From positions 124,001 to 188,000 of the IMG/VR virus record IMGVR_UViG_3300042892_005961: a stretch of DNA of 64,000 bases. One strand, 5' to 3'. Every line of letters starts with the position of its first letter. Position 1 is the stretch's first letter. Shown one piece after another: positions 46,445 through 55,800 of the stretch. Position numbers and translations under genes: made by a program. A model generated the notes under the pieces. That model worked only from the letters and a program-made list of their open reading frames with translations, made no database searches and was not told the DNA's origin.

Positions 46445-47821
46445 TTACTTTCCAGCCACTTGTTGTCTCCTTTTAAATGCTTCCGCCGCTCTATTAGCAT
46501 TTATCTGAACTTTTTGTTCTTCGTGTCCCAATAATGTATTTTGAGACTCTGTATCAATAAGAAGAAACTCGTTATTGAATTTACAGTTTTGGAATACAAC
46601 ACCATCTCGACCAATACGAGATTTTAATAATGTAAGAGTTGCTAAGTTATGATCTTTTTGTTCTAATGTTTTACCAATAGATAATATAACGTGTGCAATT
46701 TGTGCTTTCTTAATTGACCCACCCATTTGATCTCCAGTTACTACTTCACTTGAAATTGATTCACGGTTACCTTGTGTTGCCGTCCATATTGCCATTTCAA
46801 ATTCTCCTGTCATTGATTCTAAACTTCTCATAATAGAACCTTCACCTTTCCATTCTTCACCATTAGCTGATTTATCAGTTGAAATACAATCTACATAATC
46901 TATTACTAATAAATCAACTTTTTTAGTTCCATCAGAATTCATCTTTCTGATTTTATTTTTAATCTCAGAAACTGTAACATTATCACTTGCTAATTTTAAT
47001 AATTTTAAACTACCTTTAGATTTAGCTTGAGCTTCCTCTACTTTAGCTTTAACTTCTTCTTTAAATTCAGGTTGACTATCAGGTGCAATCTCAGTCCAAA
47101 TCGTATAGTGTTTTCTTTTAATATTACCCGGATTATCTTCAAAGAAAATCTGAACGACATTATAACCTAAGTTATATGCGGTGTTAGCGAACTTAGTAAG
47201 TAAGGTAGTTTTACCAGTACCTGTGGGAGCTAATACAACCCCCAATTCTCCGATCCCTAACCCACCTTTAAGTAAGTTGTCAATTCCCACAATACCTGTC
47301 GGTAATGGGTGTCTAAAGTCCTTTTCTAACGCTCCATCAATATCATGGAATACATCCGTCGCTTCATCATTTGAAATACCAACTTGTAATGCCTTTTGGA
47401 TAATTTCCTCAATCTTATTGTAAGCCTCGAACTCACCACTTTCAATAATACTCTGTACACTTTTTAACTCTCTTTTCAAGTTTTGTTGTTTACAAAAATT
47501 AAGTGCGGTATCTTTAACATACTCAATTTGAGAATCATTATTTTTAATTGCTTCTAATGTATCTACGTGAATTTTAGAGGAATCTTTGTTACCACCTTCA
47601 GCCATGATTTTCTGTGCCAATGTATTGTAATCAGGAATTTTATTGTAATTCTTATACAACTCCTTTGTATTTTCCATAATAAATCTAAATGAGTTATTAT
47701 CAAAAAATTTACTATCTAATACATCAATAATTGTTTCTCCATACTTCTTATCTTCAATGATCGCTTTAATAAGGGATTGTTGAAACGAAAACCCCAAATA
47801 CCCAAAATTCCTTTCTTCCAT
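46445..47821 (-). CDS. dnaB: replicative DNA helicase (DnaB/gp41-like)
   Basis: GELGVVLAPTGTGKTT, VIDYVD, WTATQGNR, LKSRIG. Confidence 0.9.
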   Translation of the reverse strand: MEERNFGYLGFSFQQSLIKAIIEDKKYGETIIDVLDSKFFDNNSFRFIMENTKELYKNYNKIPDYNTLAQKIMAEGGNKDSSKIHVDTLEAIKNNDSQIEYVKDTALNFCKQQNLKRELKSVQSIIESGEFEAYNKIEEIIQKALQVGISNDEATDVFHDIDGALEKDFRHPLPTGIVGIDNLLKGGLGIGELGVVLAPTGTGKTTLLTKFANTAYNLGYNVVQIFFEDNPGNIKRKHYTIWTEIAPDSQPEFKEEVKAKVEEAQAKSKGSLKLLKLASDNVTVSEIKNKIRKMNSDGTKKVDLLVIDYVDCISTDKSANGEEWKGEGSIMRSLESMTGEFEMAIWTATQGNRESISSEVVTGDQMGGSIKKAQIAHVILSIGKTLEQKDHNLATLTLLKSRIGRDGVVFQNCKFNNEFLLIDTESQNTLLGHEEQKVQINANRAAEAFKRRQQVAGK

Positions 47822-47846
47822 AGTGTTTATTATATATTGTTTTTTC

Positions 47847-48305
47847 TTATAATTCGTATCCTAAATAACTTGTCTCCAATTCTTCTGAAGACAAAATGTC
47901 TGTCAAATCTGACAAAATTCTCTTCAATCTTGGACGAATGTCCACCGTGTATCTTGCCTTTGGATGATAAAGATATGCGGGGAATAGTCTTTGAATAAAT
48001 ACATCCTCGCCCAACTTAATTTCCATTAAAAAATGTTCTTTTTCTGGAATTGCCGACTCATCCACAACCTCCGAATGAAGGATATAGTTTTGATTCTCAC
48101 ATAGATAGTTAGAACTTTTTATTTTCAAATCTTCCATAAAATCCTCACAAATATTTTTTATATAATAGTGAAGATCCATTGAACGTCTAGCCTGATCAAC
48201 ATGATCTCTAACGTTAAAAAATCTTTGACATACGATATGTCCTTCTAATGACAACAAGAACTCAAATTTGGTTATGTTGTCTTGGTTTTGGTAATCTCTA
48301 CTCAT
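47847..48305 (-). CDS. hypothetical protein
   Basis: 152-aa ORF between the exonuclease and helicase genes. Confidence 0.7.
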   Translation of the reverse strand: MSRDYQNQDNITKFEFLLSLEGHIVCQRFFNVRDHVDQARRSMDLHYYIKNICEDFMEDLKIKSSNYLCENQNYILHSEVVDESAIPEKEHFLMEIKLGEDVFIQRLFPAYLYHPKARYTVDIRPRLKRILSDLTDILSSEELETSYLGYEL

Positions 48306-49332
48306 AGGGTCTTACTTTAATTGTTTTTGTTTTATTATTATTTATGTTTTTTTCTTTTCTTGTTAATCTAAGAAAAGGGTTTATAAAATTTATCCAAGCG
48401 TCTTCCGCTTTTGGTAAGATGTTGAAGATTCCGTCTTCTTGCATCATCTTCATTGCATTTTTATATGATCTACCTTCTTGGTCTAACGGTTCATTTATTA
48501 ATAGATCTATGGTTTCTTTTGCGTCGTCCGTTAAAAACGGTTCATCCAAACTTACTATCCTATTGTTTACGTCGAAGAATTCCTCACCGAGTACACCGTG
48601 TTTTGTAACACCTGTCAATAAATTAGCAATTAACTTATTATGTTTGTCTTGTTCAAATAATTGGTTACATCTATCTCTAACCTGATCAACTGTAATTGGT
48701 TGATTTCTTAGTTCAGGAACCAAAGACAATAATCTTTTGAGTCCCATTCCTCTTATTCCTGCAATGTTGTCTGATGAGTCTCCACAAATCATTTTAACTA
48801 AACGAACATTTTCGATGAGAATTTCTTCGTGTTCGTAAACGATTATATCATTAGGTGAATATAATTTCCTATGTGATGGATTGTAAACTTGTGTGTTTTG
48901 TGAAACGAGTTGAGTTAAGTCCCCGTCTGATGAATAAATAATTTTCCTTTCGTTGGGTGAATTTTGAGTATAGTAAGCGATGTTGTCATCAGTCTCACAA
49001 TACTCAAATTCCCCTTGTCTTACATAAACCTCTTCAAGATATTGTTTGATTCTATCTCTCTGATATAAGTAAGATTGTAAATCTTCTTCTGTTCTAACTC
49101 TTTGTCTTCTGTTTTCCTTGTAATGAGAATATATTTTTCTTCTACATTGAGATCCTTCTAATCCGTCCCAAAAGACAACAATCTTATCTAATTGGTATTG
49201 TTCAAAAGATCTTCTTAAAGTGTTTAGAAAGTGGTAGATACCACCGATGTGCGTTCCTTTATAAAACACGTTCTTTGCACCGTAATAACCAATAGTTAAT
49301 AGATTGTCTCCATCAACAAGTAAAACCGACAT
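48298..49332 (-). CDS. 5'-3' exonuclease / flap endonuclease (T4 RNase H, PolA N-terminal-like)
   Basis: LLVDGDNL, ETDDNIA, SSDGDLTQL, GDSSDNIAGIRGMGLK. Confidence 0.9.
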   Translation of the reverse strand: MSVLLVDGDNLLTIGYYGAKNVFYKGTHIGGIYHFLNTLRRSFEQYQLDKIVVFWDGLEGSQCRRKIYSHYKENRRQRVRTEEDLQSYLYQRDRIKQYLEEVYVRQGEFEYCETDDNIAYYTQNSPNERKIIYSSDGDLTQLVSQNTQVYNPSHRKLYSPNDIIVYEHEEILIENVRLVKMICGDSSDNIAGIRGMGLKRLLSLVPELRNQPITVDQVRDRCNQLFEQDKHNKLIANLLTGVTKHGVLGEEFFDVNNRIVSLDEPFLTDDAKETIDLLINEPLDQEGRSYKNAMKMMQEDGIFNILPKAEDAWINFINPFLRLTRKEKNINNNKTKTIKVRPYE

Positions 49333-49341
49333 TTGTTAAAT

Positions 49342-50322
49342 TTAAAGATCACTTTCTTCTGTTACAACTTCTACGTCTGCGATGTCTGTAACATTAACAC
49401 CTAACATCTTACTGATGTAATCACCACTTTCTTTTTTATACTCCTCGATAGATTTCTTCTCTTCAGTGTCTTCTCTACCTGGCATAAATCCGTGTGATGT
49501 AACCAAGATACGTCCATCCTCATATCCTAAACCATTGATGTGGTTTTTCATAATTGAGATTTTCGTTCTTGTTGCAATTTTTACTTTTCTCTTATCTTTT
49601 GTGATTGAGATTTTTGTTGTTCCCGCTCCTTTTTGATTACCAAATAAGAATACGATACTTGAGTTTAACCAAATTGCTTCTCCACCTTTTGCTTTAATCT
49701 TTGGTTGTCCGAAAGGATTATCAGGTAATTCTACCCAAGGTTGGTTAACAATGATTAATGTGTTTGTATAAGGTTTATCTGTTCTTCTTGACCCTGAAAT
49801 ACGTTGGTTGATACCCATTCCAATTTTATCGGCTAATACCGATGCGTTGTGTTGTTTACCACCTTTACCATCGTAAGTCATCTTACATGGAACCGAACCT
49901 ACCGAATCCCATAAGATTAATAAATCGTGAGGTAAATCTCCTTTCTCTTGTGCGTCTAATAGTTCGTTGATATATTCTGTAATTTGTTCGATATATTCAA
50001 AATCACTATTGAAAAGATAGTCTCCATCTTTATTAAACCCCATTAACTCCGCATGATCCCAACTCCATTTTTGTTCGGTAATAACAAACACAGGAACGAC
50101 TCCTTTCTTTTGTGCATCAACCGCAGCTTTTACAAGTGCTGTTGTTTTACCCGTATCACTATGTCCTAACAACATATTGATGTGTCCCATTGCAGGACCT
50201 GGAATACCACAAGCGTCTAAGAAAGCATCTCCCAAATCAAAGAAACGATCTGGTTTATATTCTGCCTCTTTCGAGAACTTCTTTTTAATTGCTGAAAAAT
50301 CAGTCTTTTTTATACCTGCCAT
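49342..50322 (-). CDS. recA: RecA/UvsX-like recombinase
   Basis: GHSDTGKTT, ITEQK, WDSVG, NQPW, GGEA. Confidence 0.85.
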   Translation of the reverse strand: MAGIKKTDFSAIKKKFSKEAEYKPDRFFDLGDAFLDACGIPGPAMGHINMLLGHSDTGKTTALVKAAVDAQKKGVVPVFVITEQKWSWDHAELMGFNKDGDYLFNSDFEYIEQITEYINELLDAQEKGDLPHDLLILWDSVGSVPCKMTYDGKGGKQHNASVLADKIGMGINQRISGSRRTDKPYTNTLIIVNQPWVELPDNPFGQPKIKAKGGEAIWLNSSIVFLFGNQKGAGTTKISITKDKRKVKIATRTKISIMKNHINGLGYEDGRILVTSHGFMPGREDTEEKKSIEEYKKESGDYISKMLGVNVTDIADVEVVTEESDL

Positions 50323-50376
50323 AATATTGTTTTAAAAATGGGGTTTCTGACGTTATCTCCACCCCTCCGTTAATAA

Positions 50377-51219
50377 TTAGAACGGTAAGTCACCGTCTAC
50401 TTCTGCGTCATCTTGTGGATCAACAACAGGAGTTGAAGACTTCGGTGCTCCGATAGTTTCTTCTGTTGTTAAATTAGAAACCCATTTGCTACTTGCGGTA
50501 TCCCAACGTGGAACTTCACCTCTCGCAACCATTTCCAAATAATCTTCACCTTTTTTAGAGTAAACATCTGACCAAGTTAACTCATCATCTAACCACGTTT
50601 TTGCAACGTCTGCGTCAGTATGTAATGGACTTGGATCGTCGTTTAATACTGAATTGATAACTGTGTATTCTTTACCTGTTCCCGCTTTTGTTAAAGCCAA
50701 AGACAAGATCAAATCACGACCATTTTCAGGATTGGTAACATCTCCTTTATTACGGAAGATTGGGAAGATTTTGTCAATAACACCATCACCTTTGTGATTA
50801 TGTTTAAATCTCCAAAATTTAACTCCATCAGCTTCATGATCACGATCGATCACTTTAACGATATAAAACTTACGAGAACGGTAGTTACGTGCTAATTCTT
50901 TGTCAGAATCTACACCACTCATCATCAATCCTTCGTAAACCTCATTTAATGGAGAACGTTTTCCTTCTTGTGCTGGGTCATATAATTTAACCCATTTTCC
51001 GTCCACTTGAACTTCGTGGAACTTTACCTCTACGAATGGTGAAGAACCATCTTTTGTAGGTAAAATACGGATACGTCTTTCTTCACCTTTAGAACCTTTT
51101 TGTAATACGGTTGTGAAATAACGTTTTAATCTATCCTCTGAGGATATCTTGTTGTTGTTGCCACCTGTGGCGTTTTTGTTTTTCTCGTACTGTGCAAGTA
51201 CTGCATCAAATGTACTCAT
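50377..51219 (-). CDS. single-stranded DNA-binding protein (T4 gp32-like)
   Basis: IRILP...PF...FH, FYIVKVIDRD, GRDLIL, acidic tail DGDLPF. Confidence 0.8.
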   Translation of the reverse strand: MSTFDAVLAQYEKNKNATGGNNNKISSEDRLKRYFTTVLQKGSKGEERRIRILPTKDGSSPFVEVKFHEVQVDGKWVKLYDPAQEGKRSPLNEVYEGLMMSGVDSDKELARNYRSRKFYIVKVIDRDHEADGVKFWRFKHNHKGDGVIDKIFPIFRNKGDVTNPENGRDLILSLALTKAGTGKEYTVINSVLNDDPSPLHTDADVAKTWLDDELTWSDVYSKKGEDYLEMVARGEVPRWDTASSKWVSNLTTEETIGAPKSSTPVVDPQDDAEVDGDLPF

Positions 51220-51270
51220 AGAATTAAAATTTAAATTATAAAATCATTTATGTTATAATATACATAAAAA

Positions 51271-51294
51271 AACCCAGACTATAAAATCTGGGTT
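51271..51294 (-). terminator. intrinsic terminator ending the right structural block
   Basis: aacccaga-ctataaaa-tctgggtt stem followed by a U-run on the minus strand. Confidence 0.7.
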
Positions 51295-51319
51295 GAATTA
51301 TTTTTAAAGTATTTTTTTG

Positions 51320-51547
51320 TTACCAACTAATCACATAATCGTTATTGGTACCCATGAAATTGTTCTTAGTCTGAATTTTATAACCATAATTTCTTAATGT
51401 GGTTACTATTGCGTCATTCACGTATCTTGGGTCTAAAGTAATTTGATATTGTCCTTGAGCTGTTGCTCCTGATATTAAACCATCGATATATGTTAATGAA
51501 CCTGTTGCTGTATTTGAAGCTGTTCTTGCTGCTGATCCTGATTGCAT
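51320..51547 (-). CDS. hypothetical (possibly virion) protein
   Basis: 75-aa ORF at the end of the late block. Confidence 0.65.
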   Translation of the reverse strand: MQSGSAARTASNTATGSLTYIDGLISGATAQGQYQITLDPRYVNDAIVTTLRNYGYKIQTKNNFMGTNNDYVISW

Positions 51548-51568
51548 CTTAAATATTTTTTTTTATTT

Positions 51569-51940
51569 TTATTCTAATGTTAATAGATATGTTATTTTAT
51601 TTAATAGTCCTAAAATCTCATCACGGATATTCAATAAATCCGTATCTGTTGAATCAAACTCACTACTCCATTGGATTAACGCCTCTTTAGATGTTTGTAA
51701 CATGTTCTTTAAATCCAATTCAGATAAATTTACAACGTTTAATGTTTTATCTTCATTTTCTAATTTAAATCTACCGTACTTACCCATCGCGGCCTCAGCA
51801 AACGTGTCTGTCAAATCAACTAATCCTTCATATAACTTGTCAAAGGCTTTATGTCTTGCGTAACCTTTGGTTTGCCAATGGTTAATCTTAACTTGAGCCT
51901 GAAGTTCCATTAAGAACTTTATTTTAGAAGCTATATTCAT
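51569..51940 (-). CDS. Dps/ferritin-like four-helix protein (DUF5856-like)
   Basis: HWQTKGYARHKAFDKLYEGL..LTDTFAE. Confidence 0.65.
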   Translation of the reverse strand: MNIASKIKFLMELQAQVKINHWQTKGYARHKAFDKLYEGLVDLTDTFAEAAMGKYGRFKLENEDKTLNVVNLSELDLKNMLQTSKEALIQWSSEFDSTDTDLLNIRDEILGLLNKITYLLTLE

Positions 51941-52601
51941 CTTTTTGTTCTTCGTTTGGGTTAAATGATGATCTTAATGCGTCAGGAGCGTAGTTTTCAA
52001 CATCATCCTTAGTTAATACATATTCGTTTTTACCACTAGCTCTCATTTCACCTTGTTTGTGTGCGAAGAACTCTTGTGGTTTTTCATTGAATGGGTATGA
52101 ATCTAAAGATCTCATTTCCAATTTTTCAATTTCAGTTTTAGGTTTGTTAGCCTCAACTGTTGCTCCTAATTGGTCAATCTTAGCCATAACTTGATCCATT
52201 TGAGCCAATTTACTTTCTAAGTCATTCAATTTGGTGAATACGTCGTCCATTTTATTTATAACCGCAGAATTGTCTTGTTTATTATTTTCAAGGTCGTTTT
52301 TGATATTCTTAGTCATATTAACTAAATCTGTAATATCCATTTCTTCAGTATCACCACCCATACCTGCTTCATCCATTGGAGGGGTTCCCATATCATCTGC
52401 TGGTGGAGGTGGTACATCACCACCCATGTCACCTGCTGGAGGTGGAGGAGGTACATCACCTGCTGGTGGAGGTGGTACATCACCTAATGGATCTTCTGCT
52501 GGTGCTGGTGGTGGAGCGTCTTGCTCCATGATCATTTTCTTACTATACTTGTTGATAGCATTAAAACGTTTTACTTCTTCTAATAATTTTTTCTCTAACA
52601 T
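51924..52601 (-). CDS. Pro-rich, coiled-coil scaffold-like protein
   Basis: LLEEVKRF N-helix, three GDVPPPP(P)A repeats, coiled coil. Confidence 0.55.
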   Translation of the reverse strand: MLEKKLLEEVKRFNAINKYSKKMIMEQDAPPPAPAEDPLGDVPPPPAGDVPPPPPAGDMGGDVPPPPADDMGTPPMDEAGMGGDTEEMDITDLVNMTKNIKNDLENNKQDNSAVINKMDDVFTKLNDLESKLAQMDQVMAKIDQLGATVEANKPKTEIEKLEMRSLDSYPFNEKPQEFFAHKQGEMRASGKNEYVLTKDDVENYAPDALRSSFNPNEEQKDEYSF

Positions 52602-52604
52602 GGC

Positions 52605-52808
52605 TTAATCTTGTAATAATTGTCTACCGTCATTGGTAATATATCTTTTATTTATTCTTTCAACGATACCGTCTTTTTCTCTGATTGTATAACATTCTCC
52701 TGTTACTAAATCACATTCTTCTCTTTCCATACCATCATTAGATACGTTTTTAACCTTTTTAGGGTTTAAAAACTGATCCATGGTATTATTTAATCTATTA
52801 TTTTCCAT
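52605..52808 (-). CDS. hypothetical protein
   Basis: Start placed at MENNRL (52808); ECDLVTGEC motif. Confidence 0.65.
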   Translation of the reverse strand: MENNRLNNTMDQFLNPKKVKNVSNDGMEREECDLVTGECYTIREKDGIVERINKRYITNDGRQLLQD

Positions 52809-52825
52809 AATATTTGTTTTATTAC

Positions 52826-52833
52826 TATAAATA
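52826..52833 (-). promoter_or_regulatory. candidate late promoter TATTTATA
   Basis: 17 nt upstream of ATG 52808. Confidence 0.5.
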
Positions 52834-52851
52834 TCCCAAGTTTTATTAATA

Positions 52852-55800
52852 TTACACTTTCTCCAATTTAAAATAAACAATATCACCATCTTGTAAATCT
52901 AAATCTTTCATCAATTTAGGTGATAGAGCAATTCCATATTCTTTTTCATCCCTAATATTGTCAATTGGACCTCTAGCTATTGGTTTAGTTTTATCTGAAC
53001 TATCTTGATGATTTACTGTTATATTTTTATTTTTATTTGGATTTAGGAAAAGTGTTTTATAATCTGTTAATGTTTCATTAACATCCATTTTATCTAAAAT
53101 AAATCTGGTTGAATAGAAATAATTTTTATCACTAAATTGTCTAATATTACCCCAAGTAAACGCTGGATCTTGTTTAAAATTAGATTTAGTTATTAAAGAC
53201 ATACTATCTGTATCGTTCATTGAATAATTTGATTCTCCCATTCTAACCACCTGTGCTCTTAACCATTTATCTCCTTTATATTCAACTTGAACAATATATC
53301 TAAATTCATTAAATCCATTATATGGTATTCCATTTACGGTTACTCCCACATCGTCTAAAGTAACCTTTTCTCCCGGTACTTTCTTTTTATCAGGACCCAT
53401 ATCATATGTGTATTGACTACCATCGGCAGTGACAATAGATGCACTTGTTTCCGTAACTTTATCTGAACCATTAACCCTATTGATTGCCTTTTGTTGTAGT
53501 TTATCAAATAATGTTCTATAACTTGACATAAATGAATCTGTCAAATCTGGTAATGCCGTGTATGGCATTCTTGATCCTTTAAATTTGGTTACAATATTAT
53601 TATTTCTAATTTCATGACCAACTTCAGTTATCCAATATGTTCCTTTAAACATAGGGATATTTTTTAAATAGAAAAACATCGTAGGTTGTATCATAACATT
53701 ACCCATACAAGTTATTTCACATGTGTATGCCGCTTGTCTATAATACTCATATAAACCAATATCAACATTATGTGATGATGAACCTGATTCACTTCTAGCT
53801 AAGTTTTCTAATACATAAAATGACTCTGTAGTATTTTTAATTGATGCCTGATCTAAACTAATACCTTTAAAAATACTTTGATTTTGATCTCCAAAACTTA
53901 CTTCAAATGCAACTACTTTATTTGTTTTAGATAAATCTCCTGTTTGAAATACTTTAGGTAAAGTAATCATAACTGGATTGTTATTGGTATTACCAATATT
54001 AAAACTATCGTCAGTAAATCTATATTTTTTATTATCTGACATATCAGGTCTTGTCGAATTTTTACCTACATATTGTACAATAATTTTAGGTGATGATTCT
54101 TGATAATCAACTTCTAAGAATGTTCCAAATATATTTTGTGCTATTTTTTTGGATGGTGTTAATTTAGGTGTGTTTGAAAAATTTGTTCCATAGAAATTAA
54201 TATAAGCTGGTAATGCCCTTAAATCAAAACCCGTATCTTGTAATAATATTGATATTGAACTGAATAAATTTTGTTTAATGTTTTCGGGTTCTCCTAAATT
54301 AAGTAATCGTGCTATGTCTATATAATATTCATTACCTATGTCTTTATTGGCCTTATCTAAAAATAAAAACTCTTCTAAAAGTGACCTTTGACCTATAGAA
54401 TTTCCTGCAATCCATTTATCGTTCATAGATTTAAAGAAATTATATAACTCAACCTTTAATGGTTTATTATTATAACCATCAAAAAAATCTATTTTACTTT
54501 TAGATTCTTCAATATTAAAAGATGAAAATTGAGGTATCAAAGTACTAAAGAATAATGACATTCTATTATTTAGACCTGTATTATTTTCACTATTAAAAAT
54601 AATATTTTTATATAGATATTGTTGGAATGTATATTTGTCTCGTGTTCCTCCATTTTTTATATATCCCGCATAAATGTATATTAACGATCTAAACATCAAC
54701 ACATTTGATTCACTTAGTTTAATATTATTATCATCGAAGAAATCTAAATATTCATTATTATTACCAGTATCCGTTAGATTTAAATATGGTCCAACATATA
54801 ATTGAATATATTTTGTATCTCCCGATTGTGCGGTCAAATCGTAAGTATCGTATTTAAATTTATCTGTTTTATTAATATCAATAAAACCATTAATTACATG
54901 TGGGTCTAACTCTTTTGGGTTTCCGATTGTTATGTTTATTAAATCATTATTTGATAATAATGAAGTTGTAATTGTTTTTAATTTTTCAGACTGTTTAATT
55001 TTTAAATTCTGAATTTGGGTATCGATATTATCAGAATCACCATTTTTATCATATGAAAGGTTTACAATGTCTCTTAATACTTCTTGGAACTTACCGTATT
55101 TTGTTAAACTAAATGATTTATCGGAATAATTTAAATTAACTTTTTCAGACGCAAAGTTTAAAAAGTGAGTTTCAAAATCTTCTAACATTTGTGGATTAAA
55201 CGTTGCAATTAAATCAAATACCTTTTTGTTGTTACTACTTAAATTATAAAAATTACCTATTGTTCTATTATACTCTTCTGGTGAAAAAAATGTCTCATTA
55301 CTATATTTGTTATTAATATACTCATCTTCCCAAATAATTCTAAAATTATTTTGTTCTTCTAACGCAAAAGAATTATCACTAAATGGTGTGTCATTATTTA
55401 CTAATGATTGTTTTTTACCGTGATGTAAGTTACCACCTGTGGACGGTAATAAAGTATACCCATTATTTCCATTATTAACATATTGTGTCCAATAATTAAT
55501 TTTGTTGGTTCCTCTACTATCGTATTTTTTTAATTTTAATTTTCCATTTGTAATTGCGGTTGTATAATTTTCAGTGGCACCACTTAGATATATGAAGAAA
55601 CTATCGTTGTTTACTACATTATAAAAAACATTATCATAATAAGGATGTATACCTACATCAGTATAACCACTAGTGTCACCAGTATATTTAACAGATTGAG
55701 TTTCCCCTGAATTAGTAAAAAATGTTAAGTTATTTTGATTATCAAAAAATTGTCTTCCGTTTATATTTGTTGTGGTTCCACCTGATAAAAATCCTTCTTT

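Noticed and set aside
44150-50322. Inteins or introns in RNR, helicase or RecA
   Set aside because: Lengths and motif spacing are continuous; no intein or homing-endonuclease motifs seen
50337-50365. GGGGU...ACCCC hairpin between ssb and recA as a structured RNA
   Set aside because: Only a 5-bp outer stem with weak interior; at most a weak terminator or processing site
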